DNA from: Oscillospiraceae bacterium
GTDB lineage: Bacteria > Bacillota > Clostridia > Oscillospirales > CAG-272
Assembly: GCA_015064855.1 (NCBI GenBank)
Contig: SVRK01000005.1
Coordinates: 33,747-97,746 of the forward strand
Direction: 5' to 3'
Length of the DNA: 64,000 nucleotides
Numbering within the stretch: the first letter of the stretch is position 1; every line of letters begins with the position of its first letter. This document shows, piece after piece, positions 1-8,694 of the stretch. Below the pieces are notes generated by a model. The model saw only the letters and a program-made list of their open reading frames with translations. It was not told the DNA's origin and did not search any database. The translations under genes and the position numbers were made by a program.

Positions 1-96
1 TAATCATATCATAAAATACAAAAAAATCAAGCCTATCAATTAAAAAAATGTTTATTTCTTTTAGATAATATGATAAAATAAATAGGAGGTGATATT

Positions 97-504
97 GTGA
101 AAAAGAAGAGACTGGAATATTATATTCTAATCCATTTTATATTTGTTCTTTTGCTTGCTTGCTTTTTTCTTGGAACAAATCTTTTAAGGGCATTTGATTT
201 AACAAAATGCTCTTTTTATGAGATGACTAATTTATATTGTCCCGGGTGTGGTGGAACGCGTGCGGTGTCGTCCCTTTTAAAGCTTAATGTTTTAAGCTCA
301 TTCAAATATAATGCTATTGTACCTATTGGATTTTCTATATTTCTATTCTATGATGTTAAAATTTTAAAATCAATATTAAAAAACGATATGAGCTTTTTTG
401 ATAATCATAAATATATTCCCGTTTTGTTTTTCGTTTTTTTCTTGGTTTTATATTTCATTGTAAGAAACGTATTTTTAATATTTGGTATAGATTTTATGGT
501 GTAG
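97..504 (+). CDS. DUF2752-like small membrane protein
   Basis: 135-aa ORF with a GTG start downstream of GGAGG. It has several hydrophobic segments and the CPGCGGTRA motif typical of the DUF2752 family. Confidence 0.6.
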   Translation: MKKKRLEYYILIHFIFVLLLACFFLGTNLLRAFDLTKCSFYEMTNLYCPGCGGTRAVSSLLKLNVLSSFKYNAIVPIGFSIFLFYDVKILKSILKNDMSFFDNHKYIPVLFFVFFLVLYFIVRNVFLIFGIDFMV

Positions 505-539
505 CCAAAAACCACCAAGGTTATAAATAATTAAACAAC

Positions 540-568
540 TTGACAGAATAATAGTTCTATGCTATAAT
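540..568 (+). promoter_or_regulatory. sigma-A-like promoter for the 605-1903 gene
   Basis: TTGACA (540-545), 17-nt spacer, TATAAT (563-568), about 35 nt upstream of the ATG at 605. Confidence 0.5.
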
Positions 569-604
569 ATATACAATTTATTTTTTGGAGGATTATTTTT
601 TAAA

Positions 605-1903
605 ATGGACCCTGACCCTGATACTACTAATATTATTTTCCCTATTGTAATGATAGTTTTGCTATTTATGTCGGCATTCTTTTCGTCAACTGAAACAGCA
701 TTTACATCATTTAACAAGATTAGAATGAAAAATTTAGCACAAGGTGGAAACAAAAGAGCACAGCTTGTTACTAAAATTGAAAGCAAGTACGATAGATTTT
801 TGACTAGTGTTCTAATCGGAAATAATATAGTAAACATTGCACTTTCATCAATCGCAACTCTTTTCTTTATTGGACTTTTTGCTAACAATCCTGATTCCGA
901 GAGCATAGGTACAACTGTTTCAACAGTAGTTATTACTGTTGCAGTGCTTATTTTTGGAGAAATCACACCAAAGGTTGTAGCGCGCCAAAACGCAGATAAA
1001 ATGGCGATGCTTATAGCGCCGTTTATAAATGCGATTATAATAATTTTAATGCCCCTTAGCCTTATTTTTGGTGGCTGGAGTAAGCTTTTAGGTGTTATTT
1101 TCCGTTCAAAGGAGCAATTAACTATCACGGAAGATGAGCTAATTACTATTGTAGATGAGGCGGAGGAGGATGGTACTCTTGAATCAGAGGAGGGCAACCT
1201 TATTCGTTCTGCTATTGAGTTCAATGATGTTTGTGCAGGCGATATTTTGACACCACGTGTCGATATTTGTGCAATTTCAAAGGATGAAAGCGTTCCAAAT
1301 ATAGCAAAAATATTTATCGAAAACGCATATTCACGTCTTCCTGTTTATGATGAGGACCTAGACGATATTATTGGTATTTTACACGAGAAGGATTTCTTTA
1401 TTGCTTACCACAATAATAATAAAACCATTACAAAGCATCTGAAAAAGCCCGTACACGTATCTGAACACATAAAAATTGCAGATCTTCTTCAAGTTTTAAA
1501 GTCGAAAAAATGTCATATGGCAGTTGTTGTTGACGAGTTTGGCGGCACTATGGGTATCGTTACTATGGAGGATATTATTGAGGAGCTTATTGGTGACGTT
1601 TTTGACGAGCACGACGAGATTTCCGAGGATTATAAGCTACTTGATGACGGTAGTTACATAGTAAAATGCTCAACCGAGCTCGATAATTTTATTGAGAAAT
1701 TTGGACTTGAGGTTAGTGATGAGGAGGATTTACCTCAAACCCTAAACGGATTTATTATGAGGGAGCTTGGCTCTTTCCCGCACGTTGGCGACACCTTTGA
1801 ATACTCACATCTTAAATTTGAAATTAAGAAAATCGGAACAAAGCGTTTAGAAGAGGTTAGAGTGATTACTCTTACTGATGAAGAAATAACAGAAGAAAAA
1901 TAA
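605..1903 (+). CDS. hemolysin-family / CNNM-type transporter-associated protein (DUF21 - CBS pair - CorC_HlyC)
   Basis: 432-aa ORF. N-terminal multi-TM DUF21 region (SSTETAF, IGNNIVN), then a CBS pair (ILTPRVD..., LPVYDEDLDDIIGILHEKD) and a C-terminal CorC/HlyC-like domain. Confidence 0.85.
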   Translation: MDPDPDTTNIIFPIVMIVLLFMSAFFSSTETAFTSFNKIRMKNLAQGGNKRAQLVTKIESKYDRFLTSVLIGNNIVNIALSSIATLFFIGLFANNPDSESIGTTVSTVVITVAVLIFGEITPKVVARQNADKMAMLIAPFINAIIIILMPLSLIFGGWSKLLGVIFRSKEQLTITEDELITIVDEAEEDGTLESEEGNLIRSAIEFNDVCAGDILTPRVDICAISKDESVPNIAKIFIENAYSRLPVYDEDLDDIIGILHEKDFFIAYHNNNKTITKHLKKPVHVSEHIKIADLLQVLKSKKCHMAVVVDEFGGTMGIVTMEDIIEELIGDVFDEHDEISEDYKLLDDGSYIVKCSTELDNFIEKFGLEVSDEEDLPQTLNGFIMRELGSFPHVGDTFEYSHLKFEIKKIGTKRLEEVRVITLTDEEITEEK

Positions 1904-1961
1904 CAAGGTGCGGGTGCATTGCGCACTCGCATTTTTACTCACAAGAAAGAAAGGACATTTA

Positions 1962-2534
1962 ATGAACGTATTTGACTGGGATGGTACAATATATCACGGT
2001 GACAGCTCAAAGGACTTTGTCTTTTACTGCTTTAAAAAATATAAAAAAGCAAGAAAAAACATCCCCAAGTGTCTGTTTTTTGGCTTTTTATATGGAATTA
2101 GAATTGTAAAAAAGCTTACGTTTAAGCAAAAGCTATTTTCATTTGTAAAGGACATCGAGGATATAGATAAGGCTGTTTTGGAGTTTTGGGATATACACGA
2201 GAAAAACATACATATGTGGTATCTAAATATGAAAAAGCCTGATGATGTCGTTATCTCCGCATCTCCTGAATTTCTGCTTGAGCCGATATGTAAAAAGCTT
2301 GGAATTGGTACAATGATGGCATCAAAGACCGACAAGCATACAGGTAAATTTGACGGTAAAAACTGCCACGGAGAAGAAAAGGTACGTAGATTTAGGGAGC
2401 TAATGCCCGATGCAGAGGTCGATGAGTTTTATTCTGACCTTTATTGTGATACTCCAATGGCTAGACTTGCAAAGCGCGCATATATTGTTAAGGGCGAAAA
2501 TTTAACGCCCTGGAAGGAATCAAAATTAAAATAA
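1962..2534 (+). CDS. HAD-superfamily (subfamily IB-like) hydrolase
   Basis: The ORF spans 1908-2534. The likely start is ATG 1962 (MNVFDWDGTIY), which gives the HAD motif I DxDxT at the N-terminus. Confidence 0.7.
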   Translation: MNVFDWDGTIYHGDSSKDFVFYCFKKYKKARKNIPKCLFFGFLYGIRIVKKLTFKQKLFSFVKDIEDIDKAVLEFWDIHEKNIHMWYLNMKKPDDVVISASPEFLLEPICKKLGIGTMMASKTDKHTGKFDGKNCHGEEKVRRFRELMPDAEVDEFYSDLYCDTPMARLAKRAYIVKGENLTPWKESKLK

Positions 2535-2560
2535 TTTGGCACTCAGTGTCTAAAAAACAA

Positions 2561-2590
2561 AAAAGACGGATGAAAAATCCGTCTTTTTTT
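2561..2590. terminator. bidirectional intrinsic terminator between convergent genes
   Basis: A-run, stem GACGGA / TCCGTC with a 7-nt loop, then a T-run (aaaagacggatgaaaaatccgtcttttttt). Confidence 0.7.
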
Positions 2591-3098
2591 ACGCTATCTT
2601 TTTTATAATTTTATAAAGCGGAATAATAAGGAACGACATTGCAAAATTTCCACACATATGGATAATATCGAACGGAAATCCAACCGCTATCCAAGTAATC
2701 ATTCCTTTAAATGAAAGTCCAAACATAAGGGCTTGTAATGGGGCATATAAAATTCCAAACAAAAGTCCATGTAAGGAACAAAAGATTATTGATAAAACAA
2801 ATTTTGTTTTTATCGACGCTTTTTCGGGAATTAGCATTATTAGCACCCACAAAATTGTCCATATGTATAAATAGGGTATCCACCATTGTGCAAAGCCGGC
2901 ATATACTCCGTTTAGAAAAACAAAAACATATATAGGAATTAATGCTTTGCTACGATAAATAAGCGTGAATAACGCAATAAACATAGCAACGCCATGCACG
3001 TTGGGAAGAGCTTCCATAAGTAAATCCGACAGGAAAATAATAGCGCCAAGCATAGAGAACACTATTAGCTCCTTTGTCGTTATTCTTTTTTGCTTCAT
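2589..3098 (-). CDS. small polytopic membrane protein, possibly an ECF-transporter S (substrate-capture) component
   Basis: 169-aa ORF with 5-6 hydrophobic helices. N-terminal pattern (ITTKELIVFSMLGAIIFLS) and size resemble ECF S components. It lies immediately downstream of ppiB, and the ECF A1/A2/T module is at 19.2-21.8 kb. Confidence 0.4.
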   Translation of the reverse strand: MKQKRITTKELIVFSMLGAIIFLSDLLMEALPNVHGVAMFIALFTLIYRSKALIPIYVFVFLNGVYAGFAQWWIPYLYIWTILWVLIMLIPEKASIKTKFVLSIIFCSLHGLLFGILYAPLQALMFGLSFKGMITWIAVGFPFDIIHMCGNFAMSFLIIPLYKIIKKIA

Positions 3099-3099
3099 T

Positions 3100-3579
3100 T
3101 TAGATTAAGCTTACCTTTTTCATTCTCATATCAATCACGGGTCTGTCGCGGAAATCAGTTTTAACTCCTGCAATTTCGTCAACAACCTCAATACCGGAAA
3201 CGACCTTGCCAAATGCAGCATACTGACCGTCAAGGAACTTGCCATCTGCGTGCATAATAAAGAACTGGCTAGATGCGGAGTTCGGATTTTGGCTTCTTGC
3301 CATTGAAATAACACCGCGCACGTGGGATATGTCGTTTTTAATGCCGTTAGCTAAAAACTCACCCTTAATACATTCATCACTGCCGCCACAACCGGTAGCT
3401 GTTGGGTCACCGCCTTGAACCATAAAGCCGGCAATTACGCGATGAAAAATAAGACCATCGTAAAAACCGCTTGATACAAGCTTTTTAAAGTTAGCACAGG
3501 TTATAGGAGCCTTGTCCTCGTAAAGCTCAAGCTCAATAATCCCGCCATTTTCCATTTCAATACGTACCATAAAAGTCAC
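3100..3579 (-). CDS. ppiB: peptidyl-prolyl cis-trans isomerase, cyclophilin type
   Basis: 159-aa ORF with cyclophilin signatures FHRVIAGFMVQGGDP and SQFFI. Confidence 0.9.
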   Translation of the reverse strand: MTFMVRIEMENGGIIELELYEDKAPITCANFKKLVSSGFYDGLIFHRVIAGFMVQGGDPTATGCGGSDECIKGEFLANGIKNDISHVRGVISMARSQNPNSASSQFFIMHADGKFLDGQYAAFGKVVSGIEVVDEIAGVKTDFRDRPVIDMRMKKVSLI

Positions 3580-3719
3580 CTCGTTAATTAATATACTTTA
3601 ATTTTAACAGAGAAGACTGAAAAAGTCAAATAAAAAAGATAATATTTTCTACTTTATTTAATAATTTTTGCATTTTAGAAATATAACTAAAATAAGTAAT
3701 TATTTTTAGGAGAAATAAA

Positions 3720-4808
3720 GTGGAAAAATATAAAAAAATAATGTTTTGGGGACTCTGTGTCGTAGTTTTGCTTGTTTTAGGTTGGATTTTCTTTAAATAC
3801 GTGTTTGATATAATACTTCCTTTTTTGGTAGCCTTTTTGATTGTTGCTATGGCAAGACCGATAATTAATTCTCTTGCCAAAAGAACAAAGCTGCCAAAGC
3901 CTATAATTAGCGTGTTTGTAATCTTTATGATTTTTTTAGTTAGTGTCTTAGTTATAGGGATTATAGGTACAATTACTGTTATTCAAGTTGTAAATATTGT
4001 TGAAGGTTTAATAAGTAGCCTGTCGGGTGAAGCTGGATATATAAACGACTTTTTTGAGCTGGTAGATTCTTTTGAGGAGAAATTACCGTTTCTTGATAGC
4101 TTTTTAAAAGAGGGTGAAACGCTTTCCTCGTTAATAAGTGAGATGATTTTAGATGGTGCGAAGAGCTTAAGCGCTAGCTTCACCGAGCTTATAGGAGGCG
4201 TGATTTCGGCTCTTCCTAATATAGCCGTTACCTTGATAGTTGTAGGCTTATCTATCTTCTATTTCGCAAAGGATTACGACAAAATAGGCAACCAGGTGTT
4301 TAATTTTCTGCCGAAAAGAGTAGGAAATATAGCTTTGATATTTAAAAACGACGTATTGCACGTGGTCTCAAAATATCTAAAATCCTATCTCATACTTTTT
4401 ATCATTTGCTTTGCCGAGGTTTTTTCGGGCTTTCTTATCGTTAATCAAAAAAATGCGTTTGTTTTATCACTTATAATAGCGATTGTGGATTTTCTTCCCA
4501 TTTTGGGTGCAGGAACAGTGCTTGTCCCGTGGGGAGTGGTTATGCTGGCACTAGGTGACTATAAAATGGGGATAGCCCTGATAATTTTAGCAGGAGTGAC
4601 CTATTTTTCTCGTCAAATTTTAGAGCCCAAGATTTTAAGCGTTCAAATGAACATGCATCCGCTTTTTACACTTTTTGCAATGTTTTTGGGGCTTAAAATC
4701 GCAGGCTTTTTAGGTCTTGTCGTAGCACCAATCGTAGCTTTTATAATAAAAATCACCTACGATAGAATTAAATATCAAAAAAATGTTGAAAAGCCCGACA
4801 ATCTATGA
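3720..4808 (+). CDS. AI-2E family transporter (YtvI-like sporulation integral membrane protein)
   Basis: 362-aa polytopic ORF with a GTG start after AGGAG. AI-2E/PerM-like layout with a conserved C-terminal region (DFLPILGAGTVLVPW). Confidence 0.7.
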   Translation: MEKYKKIMFWGLCVVVLLVLGWIFFKYVFDIILPFLVAFLIVAMARPIINSLAKRTKLPKPIISVFVIFMIFLVSVLVIGIIGTITVIQVVNIVEGLISSLSGEAGYINDFFELVDSFEEKLPFLDSFLKEGETLSSLISEMILDGAKSLSASFTELIGGVISALPNIAVTLIVVGLSIFYFAKDYDKIGNQVFNFLPKRVGNIALIFKNDVLHVVSKYLKSYLILFIICFAEVFSGFLIVNQKNAFVLSLIIAIVDFLPILGAGTVLVPWGVVMLALGDYKMGIALIILAGVTYFSRQILEPKILSVQMNMHPLFTLFAMFLGLKIAGFLGLVVAPIVAFIIKITYDRIKYQKNVEKPDNL

Positions 4809-4844
4809 TATTATATACTATATAATTTTGAAAAGTAGAGGATT

Positions 4845-5852
4845 TTGACCGTGTATAATGATAAAAAGGTAGTTTTTTCTGGCGTACAGCCGTCAGGAAA
4901 TTTAACAATAGGAAATTATCTTGGAGCTATAAGAAATTTTAGTGCATTTTCCGAGGAGTATCATTGTTATTATTGCGTTGTTGATATGCACGCGATTACA
5001 GTAAGACAAGTTCCGGCGGACTTAAGACGTAGAACTTATGAAACACTTGCTCTATATATCGCATGTGGACTTGACCCACAAAAGAACACTTTGTTTGTGC
5101 AAAGCCATGTGCCAGGACACGCTGAGCTTGGCTGGATACTTGACTGCTATACTATGTTTGGTGAGCTTTCAAGAATGACACAATTCAAGGACAAGAGCGC
5201 AAAGAATGCAGATAATATCAACGCAGGGCTCTTTACCTACCCATCACTTATGGCTGCCGATATTTTGCTTTACCAAACCGAGCTTGTTCCTGTTGGCTCT
5301 GACCAAAAGCAACACCTAGAGCTTGCACGTGATATTGCAAACCGCTTCAACCAAGTGTATGGTGAAACCTTTGTTGTGCCCGACGGATATATCTCAAAGG
5401 GTGGAGCAAGAATCATGTCACTTCAAGAGCCTACAAAGAAAATGAGCAAGTCTGATGCAAACGAAAACGCCGTTGTTAGAATTCTTGACTCAAAGGACGA
5501 TATAATTAGAAAATTCAAAAGAGCAGTTACCGACTCCGGTAACGAAATTTGCGTAGGTGAGGGTAAGGACGGCATCACCAACCTACTTAATATCTACACT
5601 TGCTTTACAGGTAAAACTCTTGACGAGGCAATGAAGGAGTTTGAGGGCAAGGGCTATGGTGAATTTAAGCTTGCCGTAGGCGAAACCTGTGCCGATGCAC
5701 TCGCATCCGTAAGAGAAGAGTTTACCCGCCTAATGGCAGATAAAGCATACCTCGAGGAGGTAATGAAAGAGGGCGCAACAAATGCCTATCGCCATTCAAG
5801 AAAAACAATGTCCAAGGTGCGTAGAAAAATCGGCTTTACCGAGCTTAAGTAG
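4845..5852 (+). CDS. trpS: tryptophan--tRNA ligase
   Basis: Class I aaRS motifs (SGVQPSGNLTIGNYLGA, KMSKS). The track start is TTG 4845, but GTG 4851 is better spaced from the GAGGA SD. Confidence 0.95.
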   Translation: MTVYNDKKVVFSGVQPSGNLTIGNYLGAIRNFSAFSEEYHCYYCVVDMHAITVRQVPADLRRRTYETLALYIACGLDPQKNTLFVQSHVPGHAELGWILDCYTMFGELSRMTQFKDKSAKNADNINAGLFTYPSLMAADILLYQTELVPVGSDQKQHLELARDIANRFNQVYGETFVVPDGYISKGGARIMSLQEPTKKMSKSDANENAVVRILDSKDDIIRKFKRAVTDSGNEICVGEGKDGITNLLNIYTCFTGKTLDEAMKEFEGKGYGEFKLAVGETCADALASVREEFTRLMADKAYLEEVMKEGATNAYRHSRKTMSKVRRKIGFTELK

Positions 5853-5889
5853 AGGGCGCATTAATACGCATAGAACGAAAAGCACAAAA

Positions 5890-5958
5890 GGCTCCTTTGA
5901 AAAGGCACCCTTTAGGGCGTACCTTGTGTTGAGCTGTCACGTTAGTGACTGAGGGATT
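5890..5958 (+). repeat. dispersed GC-rich hairpin repeat, family A (GGCTCC..GGAGC / GTCA..TGAC ..TGAGGGATT), variant copy
   Basis: It shares GGCTCCTTTGAAAAGG and CTGTCAC..GTGACTGAGGGATT with the copies at 6109, 12955, 40157 and 53971. Confidence 0.7.
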
Positions 5959-5982
5959 TTCTTCTGTAGAACAAATAAGGTG

Positions 5983-6012
5983 GAAAACAGGCTTTTGCCT
6001 GTTTTCTTTTTT
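5983..6012 (+). terminator. intrinsic terminator downstream of trpS
   Basis: Stem GAAAACAGGC / GCCTGTTTTC, loop TTTT, followed by TTTTTT. Confidence 0.7.
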
Positions 6013-6108
6013 GTTGTATAACGAAAACCACGCGATAGTCGCGTGGTTCCAAAGAGGTTAACCGATGAGCAAAAAGTAAACAAGAGAGACAAGAAATATT
6101 TTGAGAAA

Positions 6109-6153
6109 GGCTCCTTTGAAAAGGGAGCTGTCAGCTTTGCTGACTGAGGGATT
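6109..6153 (+). repeat. family A dispersed hairpin repeat
   Basis: ggctcctttgaaaagggagctgtcagctttgctgactgagggatt. It forms two consecutive hairpins and is near-identical to 12955-12998 and 40157-40200. Confidence 0.8.
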
Positions 6154-6219
6154 ATCTGTTAAAATTCAAATATATTGAAAGGCAAAACTGTAAGAATTAG
6201 AATATAGTTTACATAAATA

Positions 6220-6323
6220 AATCCCTCCGCCGCCAGGGCGGTCCCCCCTCTTAGCGAGGCGCAACCCTTTTGTCGCGTTGCGACATTTCCCCTCACAGGG
6301 GAATCTCCCTTTACAAAGGAGGC
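6220..6323 (-). repeat. family B composite repeat (family A ends with a ~55-nt multi-hairpin insert), inverted orientation
   Basis: The reverse complement aligns along its length with 53971-54071 (ggctcctttgtaaagggagattcccctg.gaggggaaatgtcgcaacgcgacaaaagggttgcg.ctcgctaagagg...gagggatt). Confidence 0.8.
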
Positions 6324-6501
6324 ATGAAAGTCAAACCCGTTTACGGGTTGCAAGAAGCAAACGCAAGGCTGGCAGGCCAATTCTCAACGCACTTGTGCGT
6401 AGCTAGTAGTGTTTAGGGCTATGCCCGAAAATGAAATACCACCCGCTTGGCGGGTGGATATTTATTTTATCACATAAAAATTTCCAAGTCAATATATTAA
6501 A

Positions 6502-6528
6502 TAAAAAAGGACAGGCAAGTGCCTGTCC
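6502..6528 (-). terminator. intrinsic terminator of the response-regulator gene
   Basis: Stem GGACAGGC / GCCTGTCC, loop AAGT, with a T-run on the minus strand. Confidence 0.7.
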
Positions 6529-6543
6529 CAAAATGCTTAAATA

Positions 6544-7245
6544 TTAATCATTATTTTGAAAAACCTCGAATTTGTAGCCAACGCCCCAAATTGTACGAAG
6601 CTCCCATTTAGTGGATACGCCTGCAAGCTTTTCGCGTAGGCGCTTGATATGTACGTCAACAGTACGGGAATCTCCTAGGTAATCAAAGCTCCAAACCTTG
6701 TTTAAAAGCTGGTCTCTTGTGAAAACTCTGTTATAGTTTTTAGCAAGGAAGTGGAGAAGCATAAATTCCTTGTTTGGCAAGTCAATGCTTTCACCATTAA
6801 TTTTTAATTCGTGGTTTGATAAGCTGATTTCAAGGTTGTCGAACTTCAAGGTATCCTTGTCCACGTGTGACTCCATAGTGCTATATCTACGAAGAACCGC
6901 TTTAACACGTGCAAGAAGCTCTTGCATATCAAAGGGCTTAACAACGAAGTCGTCAGCACCTAATTCAAGACTGAGAACCTTGTCAAAAACGCCACCCTTT
7001 GCTGTAATCATAATCATCGGCTTGTTTGAGTTTGCTCTAATCTCACGGCAAACGTCTGTGCCGTCCTTTTTAGGAAGCATAAGGTCGAGAAGAACAATGT
7101 CAGGGTCATAGCTTTTGAACATTTGCATACCGCTAATGCCATCGTTAGCAATTTGCACCTCATATCCTTCATTTGTAAAATAAACCTTAATTAGCTCACA
7201 AATATTAACGTCATCATCAATAACAAGCATCTTTGTGCCGAGCAT
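6544..7245 (-). CDS. OmpR/PhoB-family response regulator (receiver + winged-helix)
   Basis: 233-aa ORF. Receiver motifs (LVIDDD, DLMLP, KPF) and a C-terminal trans_reg_C domain (RTVDVHIKRLREKL, WGVGYKF). GGAGG SD. Confidence 0.9.
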   Translation of the reverse strand: MLGTKMLVIDDDVNICELIKVYFTNEGYEVQIANDGISGMQMFKSYDPDIVLLDLMLPKKDGTDVCREIRANSNKPMIMITAKGGVFDKVLSLELGADDFVVKPFDMQELLARVKAVLRRYSTMESHVDKDTLKFDNLEISLSNHELKINGESIDLPNKEFMLLHFLAKNYNRVFTRDQLLNKVWSFDYLGDSRTVDVHIKRLREKLAGVSTKWELRTIWGVGYKFEVFQNND

Positions 7246-7284
7246 AAAATACCTCCGAATAGTTGAATTATTAAATCTTTATGA

Positions 7285-7313
7285 ATTATATCACATAAAA
7301 ATCAATTTGTAAA
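7285..7313 (-). promoter_or_regulatory. candidate sigma-A promoter of the response-regulator gene
   Basis: On the minus strand: TTTACA (7313-7308), 17-nt spacer, TATAAT (7290-7285), preceded by TGA (extended -10). Confidence 0.45.
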
Positions 7314-7379
7314 CAACTTTTTAACAAATAAAAACGAAAAATTAAAGATTAATTAATAAGTTATTCTTATTTTACAATG

Positions 7380-7400
7380 TTTTTGTGAAAATTAGGTGAA
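7380..7400 (-). promoter_or_regulatory. direct-repeat box TTCAC-N6-TTCAC (plus strand GTGAA-AATTAG-GTGAA), candidate response-regulator binding site, copy 1
   Basis: 21-nt exact match (tttttgtgaaaattaggtgaa) with 57953-57973. Both copies lie upstream of minus-strand genes in the same relative orientation, with half-sites 11 bp apart. Confidence 0.5.
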
Positions 7401-7456
7401 GAAATCGTGTGATAATAATAAAAATGTGGAGTTTTTTACTTTTTTTGCCTTTATAC

Positions 7457-7485
7457 TTGCACCTTTGACAAAAATAATGTATAAT
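7457..7485 (+). promoter_or_regulatory. candidate sigma-A promoter of ychF
   Basis: TTGCAC (7457-7462), 17-nt spacer, TATAAT (7480-7485). Confidence 0.45.
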
Positions 7486-7517
7486 TACAATGATAAAATA
7501 TTTTGACGAGGTAAAAA

Positions 7518-8609
7518 ATGAAATTAGGCATAGTTGGATTACCAAACGTAGGTAAAAGCACACTTTTTAATGCATTAACTAACGCAGGGGCACAAAGCGC
7601 GAACTACCCATTCTGTACGATTGAGCCAAACGTTGGCGTTGTCGCAGTTCCGGACTCACGTCTTGACGTTCTTGCAAAGATGTATAATCCCGAGCTCTAT
7701 ACTCCTGCGGTTATTGAGTTTGTTGATATTGCAGGCTTGGTTAAGGGCGCAAGCAAGGGAGAAGGACTTGGTAATAAGTTCCTATCCCATATTCGTGAGG
7801 TTGACGCTATCGTTCACGTTGTGCGTTGCTTTGAAAATAACGATATTATTCACGTTGATGGAAACATAAATCCTCTCCGTGACCTTGAAACTATAAATTT
7901 AGAGCTTATTTTCTCCGATATGGAAATTTTGGAGAGAAGAATAGACAACGTTAAAAAGGCAATGAAGGGTGACAAAACTCTAGCGCCGAAGGTTGAACTT
8001 TATGAAAGAGTTATGAAGACACTTGAGGAAGGCAAGAGCGCAAGAAGCCTTGATTTTAACGAAGAGGAAGCCGCTTGGATTAGTGAGGTTGCACTTCTTT
8101 CAATAAAGCCTGTTATTTATGCCGCAAATATTAGTGAAAGCGATATAGGAAACCTTGACAAAAACAATTTCTATCAAAGCGTACTTGAATTCGCAAAGAG
8201 TGAAAAGAGTGAGGTTATCCCTGTTTGCGCTGAAATTGAGGCAGAAATTGCAGAGCTTGACGACGAGGAAAAGGAAATGTTTTTATCCGACCTCGGTATT
8301 ACCGAAAGCGGTCTTGACCGTCTTATAAAGGCAAGCTATTCACTCCTTGGACTTATCAGCTATTTAACTGCAGGACCAAAAGAGGTTCGTGCTTGGACTA
8401 TTACCAAGGGTACAAAAGCGCCCGGTGCTGCCGGCAAAATCCACTCCGATTTTGAAAGAGGCTTTATCCGTGCAGAGATAGTTTCATTTGATGATTTAGT
8501 TGCTTGTGGCTCAATGAACCAAGCAAAGGAAAAGGGACTTGTTCGCTCCGAAGGCAAGGAGTACGTAATTAACGACGGAGATATAGTTCTATTTAGATTT
8601 AACGTATAA
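7518..8609 (+). CDS. ychF: redox-regulated ATPase YchF (Obg-family GTPase-like)
   Basis: 363-aa ORF. N-terminal [22 protein letters not shown]-domain motifs and a C-terminal TGS-like end ([13 protein letters not shown]). Confidence 0.95.
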   Translation: MKLGIVGLPNVGKSTLFNALTNAGAQSANYPFCTIEPNVGVVAVPDSRLDVLAKMYNPELYTPAVIEFVDIAGLVKGASKGEGLGNKFLSHIREVDAIVHVVRCFENNDIIHVDGNINPLRDLETINLELIFSDMEILERRIDNVKKAMKGDKTLAPKVELYERVMKTLEEGKSARSLDFNEEEAAWISEVALLSIKPVIYAANISESDIGNLDKNNFYQSVLEFAKSEKSEVIPVCAEIEAEIAELDDEEKEMFLSDLGITESGLDRLIKASYSLLGLISYLTAGPKEVRAWTITKGTKAPGAAGKIHSDFERGFIRAEIVSFDDLVACGSMNQAKEKGLVRSEGKEYVINDGDIVLFRFNV

Positions 8610-8614
8610 TTTCC

Positions 8615-8648
8615 CGAAAAGTCCGTGCGCGGACTTTTCGATTATTTT
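8615..8648 (+). terminator. terminator-like hairpin after ychF
   Basis: Stem CGAAAAGTCCG / CGGACTTTTCG, loop TGCG, followed by a T-rich tail ATTATTTT. Confidence 0.55.
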
Positions 8649-8694
8649 GCTCACACTTACTTCCATACGGAAATAATTTAAGAAAGGAGAAGCT

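Noticed and set aside
562-1224. 220-aa minus-strand ORF antisense to the CNNM/hemolysin-family gene, plus other long antisense ORFs (10768-11283, 38110-38730, 21766-22230, 24224-24661)
   Set aside because: In each case the opposite strand encodes a protein with clear family motifs. The antisense translations are low-complexity and unrecognisable.
4809-4850. T-box leader expected upstream of trpS (and of proS at 26463-26599)
   Set aside because: The intergenic distances (about 40 nt and about 135 nt, the latter mostly occupied by the upstream terminator) are too short for a 200-300-nt T-box. No specifier-loop or T-box sequence was seen.
6159-6380. 73-aa ORF, and the similar ORFs 13019-13261 (+), 13027-13269 (-), 49102-49320 (-) and 49107-49355 (-)
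   Set aside because: Each is built almost entirely from the GC-rich dispersed hairpin repeats. Two of them are mutually antisense over the same DNA. They have no SD and no coding-like periodicity visible by eye.
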